DNA of 63,834 bases, filler included, from Sphaeroforma arctica JP610 (lineage: Eukaryota), in the NCBI RefSeq assembly GCF_001186125.1. It is 5 parts of 2 records of this genome, joined end to end, with 100 filler letters (N's around TTAATTAATTAA, not from the genome) between each part and the next. Parts side by side here need not be neighbours in the genome. Positions count along the whole stretch, not along the records: positions 1 to 19,929 come from NW_014040533.1; 4 more parts are not named here. The stretch is one strand, 5' to 3'. The translations under genes and the position numbers were made by a program. Below the pieces are notes generated by a model. That model was not told the origin of the DNA and made no database searches. It saw only the letters and a list, made by a program, of their open reading frames with translations. Below, piece by piece: positions 1 to 10,762 of this stretch. How positions within the stretch are numbered: position 1 is the stretch's first letter; each line of letters starts with the position of its first letter.

Positions 1-59
<59 letters not shown>

Positions 60-76
60 TATATACATATACATAT

Positions 77-125
<49 letters not shown>

Positions 126-164
126 TATATATATATACATACATACATACTTATACATATATAT

Positions 165-215
<51 letters not shown>

Positions 216-217
216 CA
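1..217. repeat. (TA)n/(CA)n compound microsatellite
   Basis: Directly visible dinucleotide runs. Confidence 0.95.
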
Positions 218-2844
218 CGTCAAGGTAATCTTATGATAAAAGTCATCAAAATTATGATATATATATATATAATGATTTGTACATAGAGCACCTTGGGATC
301 CACATGCACTTGCGCTTCTTTATATGTGGGCAAATACTATATCTTGCAATACCTACCTTCGTTGTATCTCTTTTCCCCTCCAGAATCCACGACGCATCAC
401 TCCCCAGGACATATTCTTCATCGACAATTCATCTTTGGAAGTTGCTTCCTTATTAACGAGTTCGTCGCCTGTACGTTTTGGCCGCATACTGTCGCCAAAC
501 TTCCTCCTGGGGCGAAGTTGTGCACTGGACTGTGTGTTCACAACAGGAGTGCTCGATTGACGGATGATTTCTTCCGGTGAATTTTTGTTGACAATCTTGG
601 ATGTGCGGAGACCATCATTCAGAGCTCTGCGAGATTGGTTTATCTGATAACCCCTCATTGTATAAGTATTGATGTGGTCATAAAAGTGGATTAAACTTCA
701 TATAAGCTCTTGCATTTATAAATTTAAAAAATGGGTGTGCACTCCGCACAGTGCACACTGTGCAGAGAATTCGAGCAATCATGTCAGAACTCGTCTCCCC
801 TATTCTGATTGGTGCTACGAGTGACACGCTATTTTCCGCGGGGAATATTCAGTATTCGACAGCTGGTGTAGAGTTGTGACTTGTAAAGTTGTAGTCTTGT
901 GTAGAAGTTGTAGGCATCTATACTGCATGCGGATACGTATTATTAATGTATACTAATAATTAAATTTTGGTACCAAATTTCGGGTGTATAAATACTCTCT
1001 ATTCTAAGAGTTAATTTAAACTTCCCGTCATTATGGGACACAGAAGAGAGGGGAAAAGAGCGAGAGGATTTAACAATTCTTCAAAGTGTCCGTCCAAGTG
1101 ACTACTCAGGAATGTGATTGTAAATTACAGAATGGCGAACTTTATCACAGTCCAGATCCGTACCATTTAGGATGGAGGCATATATCATTTGCAATGTTCA
1201 TCCTATACCATCTGCAAATGGCACCAAGGGGGAAGGTGACACGTGTACTGTAAGTTAGTTATCAATTATTTCGAGGGCGACAATAAGACTGACTCTCATA
1301 ATGTAAATACCGAACTCGTTGTGTGATCGATTCTGTCTTCAGTGGCATTTGTAACTTTGTGTATAAATGAATGCACATCTAGAAATAATTGCTTTAACTC
1401 GAACTTTTCACCCCCATGAAACCACGATTAGCAACACCGATCCCCTTTGAATAGTGCGTAGTCACAGTACCATAGCTTCCTTCAATGTCACAGTCCGAGG
1501 AGCACGAGCCGCTTCGGCGAGGACATTGTGTAACTCACATTTGAAAAGTTTAATTGACATTCACACGTCTGGTTTAGATATAATGTTTTTATTCTCAGTG
1601 GCGTACTCCCCAAGCTTCCAGTCTCTGACTATTGCTTTCCGTTGTCAAGATATATTCGTCGAACCTCCACTAACTATTAGAGAACATGGTATATTTTCTA
1701 AAACCCTTTCGCAATACGCAGCATTCGTCGTTAAGCAATGACTGCTGTGAAAAGATCGCATCGGCATACGTATACCCGATAGCTGAGAGTTGACATATAC
1801 GTGTCATGACAGCAACCTTCGGTATTTTTAGTATTGCTCGACTCTCCTTAAATACTGACAACCAATAGCTCACATGATGATTTTTGTGACAACTTTCTAC
1901 ATCTCCGATGGGTCTATATAGTGCCTGAGATAACTCGTCCCAATTCAGTATCCTCAGAGGGATCCGTATCCGAACTTATCAACTCGGCAGCAATGACTGC
2001 CTGACTTATATACCACGAAATTGTACATCCCCGATGAAATATCGCCAAAGTATACATTGCAGCGACGAGTCGACCACCATCTTGTTAACGAGATAACACA
2101 TTTTGGCGTGTCAAGAGCAGCCTGTAAACATATCTTACTGCCAATAGTAGCTTGGAGTGCTATCCCAAAAGTAACTTGTTGCTGTCATACATATAAACAG
2201 TACCGATAATTACCAAGATACGGCCACACACACTACATATGCAGTAGGCAGGGCTTATGCGGTGATATAGATCCCCATTATGCTTCCGGGTTAGCTCGAT
2301 ACATACATTCTTTTGATAAAGTATACAACAGAGGTCTCTATGCAGATACAAAACGCAGTAGTCGAATTATGGGATAAAACAAATGTATTCGCAAGCCGTA
2401 AGATACACTCATAAAAACAAATATATATTTCAAGTATAATTATGCCATTATAAACGCGTATCAACACATACAACTTAAAACTACAGGTATTTAGCGACTG
2501 CACAAAGAACAAGCTTCCGAAAAATAAAAACATCCACAGTACCGAAAACAACAAAGCATGTACTCTCATTATAAATTAATCATATCAATACTGCGCATGC
2601 ACATTTCAGTCATACCCAGGAGATGCCGCTAGTCTCGCAGATGACAGCATTCGCACGCGTGCAGTTGTAGGCTATTATACGTACGTTAGACATGCACTAA
2701 CGTGATACAGACTCATTCTTTCTTATGCGAGACGACCAATATATAAGTTCAGATACCACCACTCTTGGCCTTATTTGCATTTATATCACAGAACGCGACA
2801 AAAAACGACTATTTATTTATATACTGATTAGAAACAGTAGATAT

Positions 2845-4218
2845 TTACTCGTTATCCTCGGTTCTGATCTTGGCAGCTCCGTTGGTTAGCTTAATATCAA
2901 GCTCGCCAGCACGCTCAAGAATTGACTTACGCTTGCGAGATGACACGTTGTGCGCAATCTCTCCACAGTAGCGCTTGTTGTGCATCATAAGAAGCTCCAA
3001 ATCGCTCTGCGTATACAAAAAAGTTATATTTAGCGTATACACAATAAGTGATGACCATCGTAAAACCTTCCATATTATGAATAGAGCATCAAATACACAA
3101 CACAGTGATACCAAAAAATAACACTCAGGTATATTTTACTGTGCAATGTAGACAACTTGACGTAAAAACGATATATTGCATCGCAATGTAATAGGATCAG
3201 TTAATGTCTATATAGACTTCTCCGCATCGTCGAGGGCCTAACCACGACTAAGACAGGGATAACTTAAGTAAATCATTTCCTACTACGCGCTAATTCTGAC
3301 GATAGAGACACCATAATCCGAAAATGACCTATGAAACACAAAACTTACTACGTTGGAAACCAAGAACTTCTTGAATCCGTCGCGAAGCATGTGTCTGGTC
3401 TTCTTGTTTGTTCCATAACCAATGGATACCATACGGACGGTACCTGTGTAGGACACAAATAGATAATGAGAATTTTTGGAAAACTGTACATAGCTATAGT
3501 ATACAAACTACAACATGGCGATTACGCTCGAGCAAAAAAGATATACGGATTTAGTACGCGTACAATATAGGATCAGTTAATGTCTATTTAGACTTCTCCG
3601 CATCGTCGAGGGCCTAACCACGACTAAGACAGGGATAACTTAATTGAATCATTTCCTACTGTACATACTAATATTCGCGCTCGCATACATTTCTTCTGAG
3701 AAAATACATCATAGTATAGCCGTGACTTGCGCAAAAAAACATCACAGCTTGTTAACATAGATGTCAATCAGAAGTTGGCGAATATGACTTTTTAACACGT
3801 ACATCTACACAGTATGCTCAGAACAAACTAACGAATGTGATACCAAGAAAAATCATGACTTTTTAACACATACATCTACACAGTATGCTCAGAACAAACT
3901 AACTAACGGGATACCAAGAAAAATCATGACTTTTTAACACATACATCTACACAGTATGCTCAGAACAGACTAACGAATGTGATACCAAGAAATCATGACT
4001 TTTTAACACATATATCTACAAAGTATGCTCAGAACAAACTAACTAGCGAGATACCAAGAAATCGGCTACATACCCTTAGCACGGCGACGCACACGGGAAT
4101 CGATACCACGGGGCTTTCTCCATGACTCGTCTACACGTTTGAAGCGATCAGACTGATGGCGTTTAAACTTCTTAGTTCTCTTGTGAACAATGGGGACATG
4201 CTTGGCGGAGGCAACCAT
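2845..4218 (-). CDS. RPL32: 60S ribosomal protein eL32, 3 coding exons (4218-4074, 3443-3349, 3006-2845)
   Basis: GT-AG splicing gives [68 protein letters not shown]...[27 protein letters not shown], typical of eL32. Confidence 0.97.
3192..3282 (-). ncRNA. snR38: Box C/D snoRNA, snR38/SNORD1 family (RPL32 coding intron 2)
   Basis: Sense strand: TAGGA/TCCTA terminal stem, box C-like ATGATTT, guide AGTTATCCCTGT complementary to LSU ACAGGGAUAACU, D' CTTA, C' ATGCGGA, box D CTGA. Confidence 0.88.
3568..3658 (-). ncRNA. snR38: Box C/D snoRNA, snR38/SNORD1 family (RPL32 coding intron 1)
   Basis: Near-identical copy of 3192-3282 with the same guide, D/D'/C' boxes and stem; box C-like ATGATTC. Confidence 0.88.
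3784..4062. repeat. About 70-bp tandem repeat, 4 copies in an ABAB pattern, in RPL32 intron
   Basis: Units start ATGACTTTTTAACAC at 3784, 3855, 3926 and 3995. Confidence 0.95.
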
Positions 4219-4903
4219 TTTGCCGGCTTTTTACTCTATAATTGATGGTTGAACGATGTGATCAGATGGCACACATTAGTTTTAGCGTGTAGAATGCTTA
4301 TGTATGCTACCGTTAGTCATAATGCAGCGTGTTAAAGAGATGGCACCCCCCCACCCTTATTACAGCCATATATGGATGAGGTCTATATATAAATATACAT
4401 ACATGTATCCCCAATTCCTATCACGTTATAGCTAAACACCTGAAGCACAGATTTCCATTTTGGGATTAAACAGAACGAAGAAGTACGTGAGTATTCTCGC
4501 ACCAATACATGTTATACGCATGCATTTAGCAATGACTGTGGCGTCTCCATATGCTGCCGGGTGATGCAAAATATTTTTCAGCTGTATTCATTGTCTGTAC
4601 GCAGTTATACCAAAGTCTAAGCGAATGTTGCCGAGTGTATCATACGTCATGATTTCTCTTTTCAGTCGAGAGCCTCTATTTTGTATATAGATGCTTATCT
4701 TCCTATATATTTTTTTGATTTGCTGCATATATGTGTACGTATGTATATTGCGCTTAATGTTGTCGCTGCTGTATCTTGTCATTCGTGATTTGCCCATTTC
4801 TACGTAGGCGACGCTTTCTATAACGATATTCTAGTATTATTAGATATACTCTAGTATTCCCTTACAAACCCATATAGTGTACACACCTATACGGATATAA
4901 AGT

Positions 4904-5427
4904 AGAGGGGAAAAGAACGATGGTTATCCTGCGTGAGATATAGTTAGCTTATTTCTATACGCGTACGTCCCCACAAAATCCTTTACAATACAACACACGT
5001 GCAGTTTAGGTTTGGGTAGAACAATTTTAGATATACGATTGAGTGCAACTAAGGAGGACCAAAAACTGAAAGCCAAACCCCTTGCCTGCTAATTGTCTCT
5101 GATATTGTTTTATTTCGGAAAATTCTCAGTCCTAATTTTCAGAAAAAAGTTATGAATCAGGAACGCGCCAGATTCCAACTTATTTTTGATAGGCAATATT
5201 AGGTCAATCAGGCAATCCCACATATAATATTAGTCCCGTTTTATGAGACTAACCGTATTACGGGACGATCCTGAACTGATATCTCACACGAGGACCTCCA
5301 TAATATAGTCTTTGGCGTTTAACCAATTTTCCAAAGCTCGTATTGTAGAAAGAGGTAATAGTTATTGATCTAACTTTTATGGTAAATCAAGCTGATCTTA
5401 CAGAGATGTAGTTCTTTTTCGCCTTCG
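4904..5427. promoter_or_regulatory. Putative bidirectional RPL32/RPL4 promoter bounded by two TOP-like pyrimidine tracts
   Basis: GTTCTTTTCCCCTCT on the minus strand (4918-4904) and GTTCTTTTTCGCCTT on the plus strand (5411-5425). RPL32 ATG is preceded by a TAG acceptor near 4238, implying a 5'UTR intron. Confidence 0.5.
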
Positions 5428-5460
5428 TCTCGTACTAGCAAGGTTTAAACATACTTTAAA

Positions 5461-7702
5461 ATGGCTTCCCGTCCCGTAGTATCCGTAATCGGCCTTGATG
5501 GCTCCACTTCTGCTGCCACAAACACACTTCCAGCTGTGTTCAGGACCAACATCCGTCCCGATGTTGTTCGTGATGTGCACACATCCATGAACAAGAACAA
5601 CCGTCAGGCTTACTCCGTATCCAAGGAGGCTGGTCACCAGACCTCAGCCGAGTCATGGTAAGATTGTCCGTATATTCGTGTTTAACGAGGATTAGGTTCA
5701 TTTACGAGGTATCTTCTATATTAGAGCCTGTATTTTTTTATGGTTACTGGATGTTGGTTAATGCATCGGAATAGCGAATGTGAATGCAAAATTGCTTAAG
5801 TACACTATCGCAATTCGAGTGGTTTATTGCGTCACAATGTCTATCTTTTACGGCTAGTTATTGCTTTATTAATAACCCGCGTTGTAGATGGTTGACGATC
5901 AGTAAATGTGTCAAGGTAGTAAACACGGTGAAGGTATTCAAAATATCCTCTGGTATCTTATATTTCTTCGCATACACGAGCTATAGATAATGTCGGTTCA
6001 AATTGGTGCTATTTATTTGAGACTTTTAGTAAGAATGTCAGCTATGGATTCAATTGGGACATTATCGAGGTATAGTGATTAGAAAATCTTCTAAGTTATC
6101 CCTGTCTTAGTCGTGGTTAGGCCCTCGACGATGCGGAGCAATTTTGTATGAACCTCGATCCTGTCCCAATTTTGTCTGTTTCTTCCCTAGTCTATACTTA
6201 TTTAATCAGCTGTGTATACGTACATCTATTTCCCATCATACGTATTTCTCAAAAAATTCATGTATATATAATTGCAAATCGTATAGGGGAACCGGTCGTG
6301 CTGTCGCACGTATTCCCCGTGTAGCTGGTGGAGGTACCCACCGTGCTGGACAGGCTGCTTTTGGAAACATGTGCCGTTCTGGACGTATGTTTGCCCCCAC
6401 CAAGGTTTGGCGCAAGTGGCACAAGAAGATCAACCAGAACCAGAGACGTTACGCCACCGCCTCAGCTCTGGCTGCATCTGCCATCCCCGCCCTTTTGATG
6501 GCTCGTGGACACACCGTAAGTTTGTCTTGATGTTTGTATTTAAGCGACAGTCATTGTTGGGTATGTATATGGTGAGCTCCCGAGATACTGAAATTTTCTC
6601 CCCGTAGATGCCGGATTGTATATGTTTTGTCATTGAGCTGTCAATAGAGAGAGATTTTTATGATTTAATATATGATTATTTGTTTACGTGAGACAGTTCA
6701 ATGTATTGGTGTATTGATGAAAGTTCTGAAACAGAGTTTGTGTTCTCATACATATTTCGCTCCCATGTTGTAAATACACAGATTGACAACGTTCCTGAGG
6801 TACCTCTAGTTATCGCTAACGATATCGAGGGTCTAGCCAAGACCAAGGCTGCCGTTGAGCTTATGAAGAAGGTTGGTGCTTACGATGATGTTGAGAAGTG
6901 TGCCAACTCTCGCAAGGTCCGCAGTGGAAAGGGAAAGCTTCGTAACCGTCGCCACGTCATGAAGCGTGGACCTCTCGTCGTATACAAGTCCGATAATGGT
7001 CTTACGAAGGTGAGCTATATTTCGATATCTTATTGAACATCCTATACTATCGCTGGTTCGTAATGATGCCTTTTCATATCTGTCAATCCCCTGAAATTAT
7101 ATGTTGATACCAACTTTATGACCTGAACAACACGTACTTGCGATTAGTATCTAGTTTTTTACCTGGTTCGAATTCATGTTTGCTGGTCGTCTTTTGCCTA
7201 ATGGTATTTATTTTGTTTTTAGGCTTTCCGTAACATTCCCGGCGTTGAGCTGTGCAATGTTGAGCGTCTGAACCTTCTTCAGCTCGCCCCCGGAGGTCAT
7301 GTTGGACGTTTCATCATCTGGACTGAGGGTGCTTTCTCTGAGCTAGACGCCATCTGGGGAACCTTCCGCTCTGGATCCCAGAAGAAGTCTGGATACACTT
7401 TGCCCAAGAGCATCATGTCCAACCCTGACATCACCCGTATCATCAATTCCGATGAGGTGCAGTCTCAGCTTAAGGAAGCTAAAGAGCCCGCACGTCGTTT
7501 GGCTCATCGCAAGAACCCTCTTGCCAACGCCAATGTTATGCTTCGCATGAACCCATACGTCAAGCAGAGCAAGCGCCACGAGATGCTTACTGTTGAGAAG
7601 AGACAGAAGGCCAAGGCTGAGAAGAAGCAGACGCAACGCGCAAAGTCCGCTGACATCAAGGCTCTTGGCAAGAAGTTCATTGGAACTATGGTTGCCGAGT
7701 AA
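5461..7702 (+). CDS. RPL4: 60S ribosomal protein uL4, 4 exons (5461-5657, 6287-6515, 6782-7009, 7223-7702)
   Basis: [40 protein letters not shown], and [31 protein letters not shown]. All GT-AG junctions keep frame. Confidence 0.98.
6064..6159 (+). ncRNA. snR38: Box C/D snoRNA, snR38/SNORD1 family (RPL4 intron 1)
   Basis: ATCGAGGT/ACCTCGAT stem plus outer ATTGGGACA/TGTCCCAAT stem. Box C GTGATTA, guide AGTTATCCCTGT-CTTA, same core hairpin, box D variant ATGA. Confidence 0.85.
6660..6729 (+). ncRNA. Candidate box C/D snoRNA, target unknown (RPL4 intron 2)
   Basis: ATGATTT/ATGATTA ... TTGATGA (C') ... CTGA. No rRNA complement recognised. Confidence 0.35.
7056..7129 (+). ncRNA. Box C/D snoRNA guiding 18S Um in GGAUUGACAGAU (SNORD110/snoR14-type)
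   Basis: Box C ATGATGC; 12-nt guide ATCTGTCAATCC one base before CTGA (D'); C' ATGTTGA; D CTGA at 7123. The D+5 rule gives the first U of GGAUUGAC (human 18S Um1288 equivalent, from memory). Confidence 0.8.
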
Positions 7703-10372
7703 ATTTCTAGGAATTGTTGTATTTTGCTAGAGATAAGACATATAAAATGCAATTAAGCATTTATTCTTACAACTGTATAGAGTGCGAGTCTTTGTTGACG
7801 AGCGAGTGTTATATAGGACCTTAGATGATCGAGAGAGTTTTAGCTTGGAGATTAGATCATCGAGTTTCTGGATGTATGTATATATATATTTATAAGAAAA
7901 TGTATTCTTTAACACAGCGGCGTGTTTGAAGCACATGCTGAAGTCAATTTTATCTGAACCACTACTCGTATGGGGGGCAAGACTTGGGTTGATATGGAGC
8001 TTAGCTTGTAAACAATGTAGAAGTTAACTCCCACGAAATCGTCCAGATTTGATTACAAGTAGGGCATACACGAGATAGTAGACGCGCGTTGACAGCAGTT
8101 CAATGCCTTGTGTTGCAAGCTTCTAACTGATGGACTTGTAGGGTTCGCCGAAGTATCTACCGGTGTGAAATATAGGCGGAGTGGATCAGCAGTAATTAGG
8201 GTCTGCTGTTCGATTGAAAGGTAATAAGTATTCATGGTTTGGGTTTGGTCGTTGACGGCGCAGATTGCATTCATAATATTTTGTTAGTGTGTGGAGAAAT
8301 GAGAAGGGCGAAATTTACGACTACAGAAGATGAACGGTAATTTCGATATCAGCTCGGCGGTTTCAGGTATATTAAACAGCTGCCGGTGTTGCAAATGATA
8401 GAGGTAGCTCTCAATTGTGATCGCAAATTGAGTTAGAAAGTTTGCAACGTACTCGATTACGATGTAACTTGCGTGTTTCAAGTATGTACAGATAGGGGAC
8501 TCTATATATTACAAGTAGTAAGAGGTGTCCATTGCAAATGGTCTAGAAAAAACCGTGTCATTATGGGGTTATGATCAATCAGATTACCGCCAAGTAAGCC
8601 ATTGGTGACAGAAAAATTGAACTGAGTGCAATCAATTATTTTGCAGTAGGCCTGGTGCCTGCCAGGAGGGATCTCAATGGGATTGTTTTTTTCTAAACTA
8701 ATACAATAAAGGTTTTCACGATCCTGTTATATACATAGTGTATTTCACCGATTTGGTCGATGCCGGAGCTAGACCAATTGTAAATCGTCGTGGCTCACTA
8801 TATGAAAAGGTTGTTGGCAACATGTAAGAGTCGGCAACATGTACGAGCACTGAGTTGTGATAGTGTTGTAATCATTAGTCTTACCTCAGGAATAATTAAT
8901 TGATTACAATACACACGAGTTCAACACATTTTAAAAATTGTACACTCGTACTTCTTCGTTGAGAGAAGCCTGCGGAGAATTCTATATTTATTTACTTATG
9001 ACTTGACAATTGACCTGTACACAATGCCGATACGATCTGATTTGTGTATATTGCCGCAGAAATTGAACTGAAACAGAAACCATATCTTGATTGGTGCTTA
9101 ATGCTATGAAATCTCAAATCTCAGAATCTGAAGCCTGAAGGTCACAGTTCACTGAATTAAGTGAATTCAGTGAGACACTATTATTTTTAGAGTCTATGTA
9201 ATCACTAATCAGTATTGTCATATCCGGGTGCTACATATGTAAATACAGTACTCATACGGTATTTTAGTTTTTACATATTCTATTTTATTTTTTAAAATTT
9301 TATAGAAGGGCGAACCGTCGCCTGGACTCTGGAGTCCTGAACAGACGGTAAAAACAACAACAACACAAATGCATAAAATATATATACAATTAAAATGAAG
9401 GACAAATAAAAAACAATGTTGTACTCTATGAATTGTTTTATTTTAATTCATACATTGAGTAGTTCTGTGGTTGGCTACTCTCTCTCTCTCTCTCGTGCGG
9501 TATGTAACAGTAGTTAGTGAGAGTGGGACTCACAGTCTCACACCGACACTGTCACATTCACAGGCCACAGTCCACACTCACAGCCCTCAGCGTCTCAGGC
9601 ACTTAGCGCCCCAGCCCTGAAGTTTCTACTTATCTGTTTTGAGTTTTCATGCATGAAGCATCGTGGCCTAGAGCCGGGCCCCAGGCCCAGGGCCCCAGGG
9701 GCTTTCTGGCCCTGACTAAACTAATCAATATAATATTCGTACATACCTACCTGCTGGGGGCCTGGGGCCTGGGGGCCTGGGGCCTGGGGGGCCTGGGGCC
9801 ACCTTTGGGCAGGCTGGCAGACTGACCCTCGTCGCTGAGAATCTCAAAATTGAATTTTACGTGACGATTTGGTTGGTACTGGTGGCATATTTTACCGGTG
9901 TTTTCAATTTTGCTTTACAGTTTTAGGGTTTTTATAAAAAGTTAGCGAATTTTATATATACTCCTTGAGTTTGATACTCGCTAGCCCCATGCCGCCAGCG
10001 AACAGTTGTCGCACATTTAAAAAATAGATTCCAACAAGGTTACACGGCGCTATCAACAGGATCATTGATATTGTGACTGCTGAGAACGCTGTCGCGACAA
10101 GTCGTTTAAAAAAAGTTTTAATATGTCTTTCTGGTAAAAGACCCAGAGGGGAGTAGATACACCTAAAAATTTATCGGAGGGAGACCGTCGTCACATATCT
10201 TTTCCGGCGACTGTGTTTTTTACCAGGCGGGAGTAATACGTCCTTTGGTATATTATTACATTGTGTAATCTTTTAGCGCCTTTCCGGGTGTTATGACATA
10301 CCGTACCATAGCCTGGCGCACTGGTTCACTCTTCGTTTCCGAGGTAATTTACACCGTCTCTCTCCTTTTTTT

Positions 10373-10481
10373 GGTGCCACGGCAACGCGAGTTGCACTGC
10401 CTCATTTCTTGAAGTAATGAGGTGGTGCCACGGCAACGCAAAATGCTCTATCTCTTTTCATAAAATATCTGCCAAGGCAAC
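10373..10481. promoter_or_regulatory. Three X-box (RFX)-like motifs upstream of the lyase gene
   Basis: GGTGCCACGGCAAC at 10373 and 10424 and TCTGCCAAGGCAAC at 10468 resemble GTTGCCATGGCAAC. Confidence 0.45.
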
Positions 10482-10762
10482 GGTTTGCATCAGTCAAGCG
10501 TACTGTAATTAATTAAACCGTTAAAAGACGTATTACTCTCATTATCTTTAATTTTGTTATGCTCCATTGACTTAGGATGCATCTGGTAGATAGTATAAGC
10601 TATAAAGGTGGTGGTACCGCATCAATCTCACATCACTTATTTTTAAGCTGACACTTTATACCTTAGTAGACATAACTTGACCAAAACTGACACTCCATAC
10701 CAGTGTATATCTATCTTAGTAGATAACTGTGTTGTCCTTGATACTCACAAAGTAGTTCCACA

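Noticed and set aside
353..658. 101-aa minus-strand ORF ending near a possible donor site
   Set aside because: Could be a first exon, but there is no recognisable motif and no downstream exon in the window.
3784..4062. CRISPR-like array
   Set aside because: Whole units are repeated with no unique spacers, and it lies in a eukaryotic intron.
6687..6700. CGTGAGACAG resembling LSU rRNA as a snoRNA guide
   Set aside because: It matches rRNA in the sense orientation, so it cannot guide that site.
8053..8481. Two collinear minus-strand ORFs
   Set aside because: No recognisable homology or splice support.
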